Shown in pieces: positions 1 to 7,783 of a stretch of 32,000 nt of DNA. The translations under genes were made by a program, and so were the position numbers. Numbering within the stretch: position 1 is the stretch's first letter; each line of letters begins with the position of its first letter. Origin of the DNA: Pyrobaculum aerophilum str. IM2 (GTDB lineage: Archaea; Thermoproteota; Thermoprotei; Thermoproteales; Thermoproteaceae). The stretch covers positions 1,530,001 through 1,562,000 of the forward strand of contig NC_003364.1 of assembly GCF_000007225.1 (NCBI RefSeq), written 5' to 3'. The notes under the pieces are model-generated. The model was not told where the DNA came from, made no database searches, and saw only the letters and a program-made list of their open reading frames with translations.

Positions 1-1
1 A

Positions 2-919
2 ATGCAGACTCAAGAGCGCCTCCCCGACGAGGAGTCCCTTAAAGTCCTCTTCGAGGACTATCTGGACATGACGCCTACGCAAGTATTCCTCTGGGCCTCT
101 CAGAACATCCACCCGCAGAAGACGCCGTCTGAGCTAATGCCAACTGAGCCGTATGTTCAAGCCAGCCACGCCTCTTCGGGCGGGATGTGGGCATCGGGAC
201 CTCCCGACATTGCGCCGGAGGAGTACAAATGGGGCCCGAACAGAATGCTCACAGTGGAGGGCCTATTCGGCGCGGGGGACGTGGTGGGGGCCTCGGGGCA
301 TAAATTCAGCAGCGGCTCTTTTACCGAGGGGAGAATAGCGGGCAAAGCCGCTGTTAGATACGTGCTGACCCAAGCCAAGGACTACAAGCCCACTATAAGC
401 AACGACACTATTGAGCGGTATTAGGAAATTGTGTATAGGCCTTTGGAGTGGTATCACAAAAACAAGCCGTTGACCACCACGCCGAAGATGCCCCCGCAGT
501 ATACCAACTGGTTTGAAATACACCCCAACTATTTAAACTGGTACCAGCTGTTAGTCAGGCTCCAGAAAATAATGGACGAATACGCCGCTGGATGGGGGAT
601 GTTCTACACCACAAACATGTACCTCTTAAACAGAGGCTGGGAGCTGTTGAAAATGCTAGAAGAGGACTTCCGCTTCGCCGCCGCGGCGAGCCTCCACGAG
701 CTCTTAAGAGTGTGGGAGTTCTACCACCGCCTCTTAGTGGGACAGGCCGTGGTGTTCTCCATGATGCATCGCAAGGAGAGCCGCGGCTATTACTTCAACG
801 CCGACTATCCGTATATTGACGAAGAGAATTGGCACGTCTTCACTCACGTCAGAAGGGATCCCAAGACCGGGCAGTGGAGCTTTAGGACATCCCCGGTGAT
901 ACACATAATCCCGCCCTAA
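2..919 (+). pseudogene. aprA: Adenylylsulfate (APS) reductase alpha subunit, C-terminal ~305 codons (5' end lies outside the window). One reading frame, interrupted by an in-frame TAG at 422-424.
   Basis: The translation (GDVVGASGHKFSSGSFTEGRIAGKAAVRY ... RLQKIMDEYAAGWG ... HRKESRGYYFNADYPYIDEENW) matches the AprA C-terminal half as I recall it from Archaeoglobus and Desulfovibrio. ORFs 2-424 and 431-919 share a frame and are separated only by tat TAG gaa att gtg. Confidence 0.8.
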
Positions 920-920
920 T

Positions 921-940
921 TTTTATATATAATTTTTTTT
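921..940 (+). terminator. Oligo-T tract downstream of aprA, a possible archaeal terminator
   Basis: ttttatatataatttttttt lies directly after the aprA TAA and includes a T8 run at 933-940. Archaeal termination commonly uses oligo-T. Confidence 0.35.
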
Positions 941-1014
941 ACCACGCCCACTCCCCTTTTTTATGATCCATAATTTTAAAAATAAGTTTTTAAAGGGAAT
1001 CGCTAGGCCTTTTT

Positions 1015-1518
1015 ATGCTCGTCGGGGTGATCTCAGACACTCACGACGACTACAAGGCCATTTATAAATTTGGGGAAATTGCCAGGAGGGTGGGCGTGTC
1101 GGCTGTTATACACGCCGGCGATTGGACCTCGCCGTTTTCAATGTTAAAAATGAGGAGGGCGCTGGGCCGGGAGATACCCGTTTACACCGTGTTCGGCAAT
1201 AATGACGGCGATAGATACAATTTCGCCAAAAGAGCCGCAGATTCCCAAGTGGATATACTGGGCGAGGCTGGGGTGGTAGAGCTCGACGGCGTGAAAATAG
1301 GGGTTTACCACGGCACTTCTGAAATACTAGTAGAGGCAATGGCCAAGTCGGGGCTTTTTGACGTCGTTATCTACGGCCACACCCATAAAATAGATATAAG
1401 GCGCGTAGACGGGGTGTTAGTTGTAAACCCTGGGGAGGCGTGCGGCTGTGCCAGCGAGAGGAAGACGGCGGCTTTGTTAAATGTGGAAAAAATGGATGTG
1501 GAAATTATAGATCTTTAA
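1015..1518 (+). CDS. Metallophosphoesterase, MJ0936/YfcE-like
   Basis: Ordered calcineurin-like motifs are present: ISDTHD, HAGD, GNNDGD, YHGT, GHTH. Confidence 0.8.
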   Translation: MLVGVISDTHDDYKAIYKFGEIARRVGVSAVIHAGDWTSPFSMLKMRRALGREIPVYTVFGNNDGDRYNFAKRAADSQVDILGEAGVVELDGVKIGVYHGTSEILVEAMAKSGLFDVVIYGHTHKIDIRRVDGVLVVNPGEACGCASERKTAALLNVEKMDVEIIDL

Positions 1519-1526
1519 AAAACAAA

Positions 1527-1862
1527 TTAGACGCAGCCTGTGGGCTTCGGCGCGCCTGCCACTTTACAAGCTCCGTGCGCAGGCCCCGAGGGGAATAGCT
1601 GGTAGATTTTCTCCAAGGAGAAGCCCGTCTCTTTAGTGACCATTTTAATTGGCGGGCAGGAGCCGAAGGTCTCCCAATACTCCCTTAAGTATTTTACCAA
1701 CTTCCAATGCTCCTCGGTCATTTTTTGTATGCCCTCTAGCTCTCTGGCCAACCACTCAGCCACTTTTTCGTCCCAGTCCTCTGGGTTTTGCATAAAACAG
1801 TCCTCGTCTAGTATAACTTTTTTGCCATCAACTTGGTACTCGCCGGGACATTTCACTGGCAT
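1527..1862 (-). CDS. dsrC: DsrC/TusE-family protein (dissimilatory sulfite reductase gamma subunit)
   Basis: 111 aa with the characteristic C-terminal arm ...GACKVAGAPKPTGCV. It carries both conserved Cys residues: the penultimate Cys, and a second Cys with ten residues between them. Confidence 0.9.
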   Translation of the reverse strand: MPVKCPGEYQVDGKKVILDEDCFMQNPEDWDEKVAEWLARELEGIQKMTEEHWKLVKYLREYWETFGSCPPIKMVTKETGFSLEKIYQLFPSGPAHGACKVAGAPKPTGCV

Positions 1863-1992
1863 GTTGAGCCCTACTGTTATAGTTTGTTAATTTTTATTCT
1901 CAATTTTCTGAGCATATACCCGATGTAATCGCCATATAGCTATTGCATATTCTAGTTAATAATATTTAAAAATCGGGCTCTTGAAAGCATTC
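1863..1992. promoter_or_regulatory. Divergent AT-rich promoter region between dsrC and the dsrE-like gene
   Basis: TATA-like atatttaaaaa (1962-1972) lies ~21 nt upstream of ATG 1993. On the minus strand, aataaaaatta (plus-strand 1887-1898) lies ~25 nt upstream of the dsrC ATG (1862). Confidence 0.4.
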
Positions 1993-2343
1993 ATGGCCGA
2001 TAAAGTGGCGTTTCTGGCAACAATGCCGCCGGCAGATACGCCGATGATTTCCACTATGCTGGGTTACGCCCTCGCCGCGGCGTCAATGGGGTTTGAGGTG
2101 TTGATCTTCTGGACGTTAGACGGAGCTCACGTAGTTAAGAAGAAAGTGTTTGAAAAACTGGACAAGCAGATTCAAGAGAGGTTTAAACAGTGTTTAGAAA
2201 TGGGCTGTAAAATGTGGCTGTGTTCCTCCGCAGCTGCCACTTTTAACATAAAAGAGGATGAAGTGGTTGAGGGGGTGAAAATAATGGGCATTGCCAGCTT
2301 TTATGAATTCGCCAGCGAGGCAAAAATAACGCTCACTTGGTAG
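1993..2343 (+). CDS. DsrE/DsrF-like family protein (COG2044-type)
   Basis: Small alpha/beta protein with the LCSSAA Cys motif. It parallels VCETAA in the second DsrE-like gene at 22396. I chose ATG 1993 over TTG 1981 because of the TATA spacing. Confidence 0.7.
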   Translation: MADKVAFLATMPPADTPMISTMLGYALAAASMGFEVLIFWTLDGAHVVKKKVFEKLDKQIQERFKQCLEMGCKMWLCSSAAATFNIKEDEVVEGVKIMGIASFYEFASEAKITLTW

Positions 2344-2610
2344 CTACACCACTTCTATTGCGTCTAAAACCCTAAATTTTTGATTTAAATGTTGTAAATA
2401 CGGCTCTGCCCTATCTCTCAATAGGTACAGCGCCACAGCTCCCCAGTTGTGGAAGGCCTTGTCCAATTCCACGTTTATTTTAAGCGCTATGAACCCCGCG
2501 GCCCGCCCCCCTCCGCACTCCACGGGGTAAATAGAAAAAGCGTATTTAGTGGATTGCCCCTGCCACGGGATGTCCTCGGCCACGTCTATTAAAAGCGTCT
2601 CGTTCTCCAA
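2344..2610 (-). CDS. Hypothetical protein. The open frame continues upstream to 2724 without a canonical start codon.
   Basis: The ORF-track start is TTG at 2610. The same frame stays open for 38 more codons (YIPFHDLLFAFTLDGEDYLLGFLDLKKRVLIEAPSCDN) that look coding but contain no ATG, GTG or TTG. Confidence 0.4.
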   Translation of the reverse strand: MENETLLIDVAEDIPWQGQSTKYAFSIYPVECGGGRAAGFIALKINVELDKAFHNWGAVALYLLRDRAEPYLQHLNQKFRVLDAIEVV

Positions 2611-2816
2611 GTTATCGCATGAGGGCGCCTCGATTAAAACTCTCTTCTTGAGGTCGAGAAAGCCGAGGAGGTAGTCCTCTCCGTCTAGCGTAAATGCAAA
2701 TAACAGGTCGTGGAAGGGTATGTATTAAACCCCCTGGCTGTTGGCGGATAAAAGATATGGGATTTGGTCGAGGAAAACCCTCGGTTGCGACCTGGCCCTT
2801 TGTATAAACTCCTCCA

Positions 2817-3965
2817 TCACAAGGCGTCTCTCAGCCTCTTATACACATCACCTCTGCCGCGGAATGTCAAGAACGTCCTGGCGAACTCGGGAACTCTCTG
2901 ATAGTAGTCGTGTACTTCCTTCAGCCCCACTAGCTCGAGGAATTTAGACCACCCAACTCTGTCAATAAAGTCCGCCAGCCTCTCGCCGGGCTTGGCGTGC
3001 TGACGCCACACCTCTATAACGTGTTTCACTACGGCGATAATTTCCTCATACCTAGGCGGCTTGGCGGGAAGCCAGGGAATTAACACTCTGGCCAACCTGG
3101 CGCCTCCACCTGTATTTGACATCTTCCCGCCGACGAGTATGGCGACTCCGACGTTTTCTGGGTCATAATCAAAGGCGTCGCAGTTCTCTTTACAACGGGC
3201 GCAGTTTATACACTTCTCGCCGAGGAGCACTAGCTTGACCTTATCGCCCTCTCTCCTCAAAGTGTGTGCGCCGGTGGGGCAGACTTGCACTAGGAATATT
3301 TGGCTTTCAGTTACCTTAGCTAATGCTCTTGGAGGCGGCAGACACATGCCGATAACCTCCTCTCTTATTTTCGGCGGGGCGCCCCACTGGCCCACAATAG
3401 CTATGTCAATGGCGGTCCCGCCTGCGCACATAGCAGGACAACCGGATACAAATATGCGTAGCTTGGCGGGGAGGCTCTCTTCTTTGAAATAGGGGGCTAA
3501 GGCGTCGCCCAAAGCTTTTGTAATACTGGGCGAATCAACTACTGCTGTAGTACACGTGAGAAATGCAGTACACGAATTTATTCCCCACATTGATCTACCC
3601 CACCCTCCCACTGGGAAGCCCATTTTCTCCACCTCTTCTTTTATCTTCAACGCCTTGTCTAGAGAGTCGGTGAGAATTTCCAAATTGCCGTTGCGGGTGA
3701 TTTTTATACCGCCGATGCCCAGCTTATCTGCAATATCTATAAATTTTCTCAAAGTCTCCGTGCTCATTCTGAAATTCGGCGGAGTGCCCACCTTTACGGT
3801 GAACACCCTATCCCCAGTTGAGGATATGGGTTCAATAATGCCGTAGCCGTGGAACTTCCTGTCCACCCACTTGCCCACATTGCGCCTTATTAACTCGGGC
3901 AACCACTCAGTGTAAGGAACTGGCAACCTCTTCTGAAGCCTCTGCGCGACGGGGTCGGCGGTCAT
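2817..3965 (-). CDS. dsrB: Dissimilatory sulfite reductase beta subunit, copy 1
   Basis: Siroheme/[4Fe-4S] Cys motifs SCTAFLTC (CX5C) and GCPAMC (CX3C), plus a ferredoxin insert CINCARCKENC. Start MTADPVAQ overlaps the dsrA stop (ATGA). Confidence 0.9.
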   Translation of the reverse strand: MTADPVAQRLQKRLPVPYTEWLPELIRRNVGKWVDRKFHGYGIIEPISSTGDRVFTVKVGTPPNFRMSTETLRKFIDIADKLGIGGIKITRNGNLEILTDSLDKALKIKEEVEKMGFPVGGWGRSMWGINSCTAFLTCTTAVVDSPSITKALGDALAPYFKEESLPAKLRIFVSGCPAMCAGGTAIDIAIVGQWGAPPKIREEVIGMCLPPPRALAKVTESQIFLVQVCPTGAHTLRREGDKVKLVLLGEKCINCARCKENCDAFDYDPENVGVAILVGGKMSNTGGGARLARVLIPWLPAKPPRYEEIIAVVKHVIEVWRQHAKPGERLADFIDRVGWSKFLELVGLKEVHDYYQRVPEFARTFLTFRGRGDVYKRLRDAL

Positions 3966-4613
3966 GGCCTCTTCCCGAAGTACTCCTCTACTATCTTGCC
4001 GGCCCAATTAGCCCACATTGTCCTCTCCTCGTCGTCTAGCACCGCGCCTGCTCTCAACGACGGGTGTAGAGTGGGCTTCCTCTCCTCATTTATGCCGAGG
4101 ATTTCCGTGAGGTATTTCTTAAACCCGACCTTCATAATAAAGTCGCCAATTCTGTCTTTATGCTTCACCACGCCCTTTTCCATGTACTCCATCCAGCTCT
4201 CCACAGTCTTTACCACCCAGTCCATGGCCTCCTCCACTGAGTTAACAACTGCCAACGGCTTGCCCATTTTGCCGCCGAATCTGCCCTTTACATGCCCGCC
4301 GACGACTACGGCTATTTTCACCTTCTTCCCCGGTTTTATTGCTGGGAACGCCGCTCTTATGCAGTGCATGGATTTTTTACACCTACTGCCGTCTATTTTC
4401 AACTCCTTACCGTCCCATGTAATTGCCCCGCTTGGGCAATTAGCTGCCAGCTTGGCCGGGTCCACCTCCCCAGCCTCAATCTTCCTCCTCAAAAGCTCTT
4501 GATCCACCTCAGGAGCGCCCTCCCAAACGCCAATAAAACCAAAATCAGCGCGATGAACAGCCCTGGTGCAGTCGAAGGGACAGCCGGAGAACTTCGCCTT
4601 GAACTTAAAGGGA
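3598..4613. repeat. Left arm of a 1016-bp inverted repeat (dsrA 3' part plus dsrB 5' part)
   Basis: Reverse complement of 16611-17626. Every stretch I compared by eye was identical. The ORF-track translations crossing the two arms are identical in pairs across the repeat (3996-4502 vs 16722-17228; 4292-4729 vs 16363-16932; 3556-3846 vs 17378-17677). Confidence 0.9.
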
Positions 4614-5209
4614 TAGTTGGGAGTGACAATGTTGTCATTTACGCGCTTGCCTTTGTGAAACTCCGCGTACCACTTCAAGGTGTCGTACAGGGCGAACTCG
4701 CAGAGGGCAGGCCCCACGCAGGCGTTTAGCGCCCTTATGGCGTCGCCGCTACCGCCTACATCTGTGCCTATCTCCCTAAGGGCGTCTACCATCTGCTCAG
4801 CGGTTTCGGGGGTGAGGTTTAAGACCAAGGCCCCCGTTTGCCCCACCAGCTCTATGAGGCCTACGCCCAACTCCCGTGAAATCTTAGTGATTTTCCTAAC
4901 GAAGTCGGTCCTCAAGAACTTCCCCGGGGTGTGGAACACTCTAAAGTGCACCTCACTGCCGCCCCCCGGGACCCAGTCTCTAGCCCACCTCGAAAGCACA
5001 CCAGTATTGACATATTCAACTTTTACGGCTGCTGGGCCCCAGGGGCTTTTCCTAGCCACTAGCCCCACTCCATATACGTGAAGCGGGTATCTTGTCTTTC
5101 TAAGCTCTGTCACGTGGCTGGGCCAAGGCCCCTTCTCAAGCTCTTTTAATACCTCCTCAGCCCTTTGTAGAAGCTCCTCTTTAGGCGGGAGACCAGGTGG
5201 AGCTGACAT
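3962..5209 (-). CDS. dsrA: Dissimilatory sulfite reductase alpha subunit, copy 1
   Basis: Motifs ACVGPALC (CX5C) and GCPFDC (CX3C), plus a ferredoxin-like segment NCPSGAI...CKKSMHC. I prefer ATG 5209 (MSAPPGLPP) to GTG 5224 because of the TATA spacing. Confidence 0.9.
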   Translation of the reverse strand: MSAPPGLPPKEELLQRAEEVLKELEKGPWPSHVTELRKTRYPLHVYGVGLVARKSPWGPAAVKVEYVNTGVLSRWARDWVPGGGSEVHFRVFHTPGKFLRTDFVRKITKISRELGVGLIELVGQTGALVLNLTPETAEQMVDALREIGTDVGGSGDAIRALNACVGPALCEFALYDTLKWYAEFHKGKRVNDNIVTPNYPFKFKAKFSGCPFDCTRAVHRADFGFIGVWEGAPEVDQELLRRKIEAGEVDPAKLAANCPSGAITWDGKELKIDGSRCKKSMHCIRAAFPAIKPGKKVKIAVVVGGHVKGRFGGKMGKPLAVVNSVEEAMDWVVKTVESWMEYMEKGVVKHKDRIGDFIMKVGFKKYLTEILGINEERKPTLHPSLRAGAVLDDEERTMWANWAGKIVEEYFGKRP

Positions 5210-5228
5210 GAGTAAAGTCAACACAGGG

Positions 5229-5240
5229 AAATATTTAACT
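5229..5240 (-). promoter_or_regulatory. TATA-like box for the dsrAB copy-1 operon
   Basis: Minus-strand ttaaatat (plus-strand 5231-5238) lies 22 nt upstream of ATG 5209, inside a 127-bp AT-rich spacer. Confidence 0.4.
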
Positions 5241-5351
5241 TATTAACTATTATTTGCTAATAACTTCTTTCTATTTACAAATACATTACTATAAAATTTT
5301 TTATTTGATTTAACAGAAATGGTGATAGAGGTATATAAGAATGCAATAGTG

Positions 5352-6011
5352 TCAAGATTTACACCTCCTTACAATTATTAAAACAGGTTTATACCCGTTA
5401 AAAGTATCGAGTTTTTCAATTTTTACTTGTTGGCAACTCCCGCCCATAGACACGGCGTGGCATACAAACACCTCTACTCCTTTTTTACAATTTCTCTCTA
5501 TTGCCCTCCTAACAACGTCCAGTCTCTCCCCCATCATGAAAATTACCGCTGTATCAGCCGCGATATTGCCCAAAATATCCTCGTCGAAGTGAGGAAAGGA
5601 GAATAGGGCTACGTGTCTCAAGGTCTTGCCGTCAGTCAGCTCAATTTTGTGTAAAGCCGCGGCTGCGGTGAAGGCGCTCACGCCCGGGACTACCTCGCAG
5701 GGAACTCCCCTAGCCTCTGCTTTTTTACATATTTGAATCCCCCTGCCGAAAAGAGTGGGATCGCCGTTTTTCAGAACAACCACCCTGGCCCACCCTGCGG
5801 CCTTTTCCACCAGCCTCTCAACTACGGCGTCGTGCTCAGACTTCTTATGTCCTATCTTTATTTTCTCGGCCTGCGGAGCGTACGTGTGCACCAGCTCCTC
5901 CGGCACTAAATCGCCGTAGGCCACAACGTCTGCCTCTCTTAACAACTCAACAGCCCTAAGCGTTAGGAGTTTGGGATCGCCGGGGCCTGCCCCCACTACG
6001 TAAATCGGCAT
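5352..6011 (-). CDS. cobA: Uroporphyrinogen-III C-methyltransferase (SUMT, siroheme branch)
   Basis: N-terminal tetrapyrrole-methylase motif IYVVGAGPGDPKLLTLRA, then GDPTLFGRG and VPGVSAFTAAAA. I prefer the start at the MPIYVVG Met. Confidence 0.85.
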   Translation of the reverse strand: MPIYVVGAGPGDPKLLTLRAVELLREADVVAYGDLVPEELVHTYAPQAEKIKIGHKKSEHDAVVERLVEKAAGWARVVVLKNGDPTLFGRGIQICKKAEARGVPCEVVPGVSAFTAAAALHKIELTDGKTLRHVALFSFPHFDEDILGNIAADTAVIFMMGERLDVVRRAIERNCKKGVEVFVCHAVSMGGSCQQVKIEKLDTFNGYKPVLIIVRRCKS

Positions 6012-6115
6012 AAAGCCTTGAGTAAATAGCCGATGTAGGCATAACTCTGCATAAGGCAACCACCTTTTCTCAATCCTCGGTAAATCCGTTGCTTCTCAGC
6101 TCTATTGCCCATATC

Positions 6116-6370
6116 TTAAGAAAAGGTTAATTCAAGTTTTATACTAGAAATTATGTGCGTTTCATCTAGCCACTTTTCCAATGCCTTAATACAAGACTTT
6201 AGCGTCTCAACATCATCAGCACTGCACCCAAAACGTACGGTTTCCCCAACAATTTCCGCTAGCCATACATAGTCTCCGTGATCTTTGTAGTATAAATTTT
6301 CACTTTTACTCCATCCGTATTTATTTAAAAGCTCAATAATCTCCTCGGGATCTGATACAACTATGATCAT
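6116..6370 (-). CDS. Hypothetical 84-aa protein, 4-nt overlap with the cysH stop
   Basis: ORF in the low-GC block. Its start overlaps the end of cysH (6367-6370). I recognised no motif. Confidence 0.5.
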   Translation of the reverse strand: MIIVVSDPEEIIELLNKYGWSKSENLYYKDHGDYVWLAEIVGETVRFGCSADDVETLKSCIKALEKWLDETHIISSIKLELTFS

Positions 6371-7170
6371 TTAATTTTGATCTTCAGCTTAAACACCGTT
6401 TCCATGTGCCTTTCAAATGAGCCTGCCTCCAGCGAGCAATGTATTCCGCACTCTTTCGGAGCGTTTTTCTCCCACCACCAACGCCCTTTTCTTAGCTCCT
6501 CTCCTGTCACATCCCCGAGGCTTACAAAGGTAGGCCTTGTACAGGGCTCGCACCCTATGCTAGTATAGCCGCGATCGTATAATTTGCAGTATGGCAAATT
6601 ATATTTCTTTATATACTGCCACACTTCGTCCCACGTCCAATCACATATAGGCGATATTTTTAATATTCCGTAATGATCGTGATCGATTTGGATTTTCCTT
6701 GTTGTAGCTCTTGTGGGGAATTGATCTCTACGTAAGCCTGTGATCCACGCGTCTAGTCCTGACAGAGCCCTCAGTAAGGGATTCACTTTTCGTATTTTAC
6801 AACATAAATGCCTAAGCTCTACGTCACGATAGAATGGATTAATGCCATATCTCTTTACAAATTCCTCAATTTCTTTAGTATCTGGATAGTAAATTTCTAT
6901 CTCAACGCCGTAGTGTTCGCGTACTTTGTCCACTAACTCATATATTTCTTCGGGCAAACGGCCGGTATCCAGCATAAAAACTCTAATCTTATCGGGAGCT
7001 ACTTTGTGCATAATGTCTAGCACTACTACATCCTCAGCTTGACCACTAAAGGCCAATGCTATATTGGGATAGAATTCATTAAGAGCCCAGCTTAATAATT
7101 CCTCAGCCGTAGAATTCTCAAACCTTAGGGACAGCTCTTCCACTTCTAAATCAGTCCACTCGCGCCTCAT
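6367..7170 (-). CDS. cysH: Assimilatory APS/PAPS reductase carrying the Fe-S cysteine set
   Basis: PAPS-reductase fold motifs (FSGQAEDVVVLD, catalytic KECGIH), plus the CC (HLCCKIR) and CxxC (GCEPC) cysteines typical of the [4Fe-4S] APS-specific class. Confidence 0.9.
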   Translation of the reverse strand: MRREWTDLEVEELSLRFENSTAEELLSWALNEFYPNIALAFSGQAEDVVVLDIMHKVAPDKIRVFMLDTGRLPEEIYELVDKVREHYGVEIEIYYPDTKEIEEFVKRYGINPFYRDVELRHLCCKIRKVNPLLRALSGLDAWITGLRRDQFPTRATTRKIQIDHDHYGILKISPICDWTWDEVWQYIKKYNLPYCKLYDRGYTSIGCEPCTRPTFVSLGDVTGEELRKGRWWWEKNAPKECGIHCSLEAGSFERHMETVFKLKIKIK

Positions 7171-7171
7171 A

Positions 7172-7783
7172 CTAACGCTCTACCTTTTCTGTATTTAAAT
7201 ATGTCTGATAATGAATTTTTTCCATGTAAAAGATATCTTGACCGCTTTTGCTGCATCTCACCAAATATCCGCTTCTTATCAGCTCTAGTATAATTGCGTG
7301 GGCCTCAGATAGGCTAATATTATCCCCGTGAACAGCCCTTAAATAATACATTAGGCAGTGTTCTAGTTGTCCCATAGGTATCGCCTTCCCTAAGCTTAAT
7401 TTCTTAACATTGCTTGTCATCATCTCTTCTCTTCTCGACATTTCCTCGGCTAAACCGCTCTTCTCTAAGAACTCCAGCGCATACAATGCGCGGATCGAGA
7501 CGTCGGCTTTCTTAGGCAACATGGGCCATAAGGTGGTTATAATGAAATAATGCAAAGCAATACCTCCCTCAACTTCTATATTACAAGATAAACCCCCCAA
7601 TTTATCTGACAATTTACTAAGACCTCTATAGAAAGTCTCTCCCCCGTACCACGTAGTATATATATCTTCCATCTCGGTATAGACGCAATCCATGGCGCAT
7701 GAGAGAGCCCATAAATATACGGCAAGTCTCTCCCCGGGCTCTAACGACTCAAGTATTTCAGCCACCGCCTTTTTAGTGATCAT
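7172..7783 (-). CDS. Hypothetical 203-aa protein embedded between sir and cysH
   Basis: ATGA overlap with the sir stop (7780-7783), and it ends 1 nt before the cysH start codon. The C-terminal part (ISLSEAHAIILELIRSGYLVRCSKSG) looks winged-helix-like. I recognised no family. Confidence 0.6.
   Translation of the reverse strand: MITKKAVAEILESLEPGERLAVYLWALSCAMDCVYTEMEDIYTTWYGGETFYRGLSKLSDKLGGLSCNIEVEGGIALHYFIITTLWPMLPKKADVSIRALYALEFLEKSGLAEEMSRREEMMTSNVKKLSLGKAIPMGQLEHCLMYYLRAVHGDNISLSEAHAIILELIRSGYLVRCSKSGQDIFYMEKIHYQTYLNTEKVER

Noticed and set aside
3996-4729. Long plus-strand ORFs (3996-4502 and 4292-4729), with identical twins at 16722-17228 and 16363-16932. Duplicated unknown genes would be striking.
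   Set aside because: They are antisense shadow frames of dsrA/dsrB inside the 1016-bp inverted repeat. Their duplication is fully explained by the repeat, and the translations are low-complexity S/T/P/L-rich.
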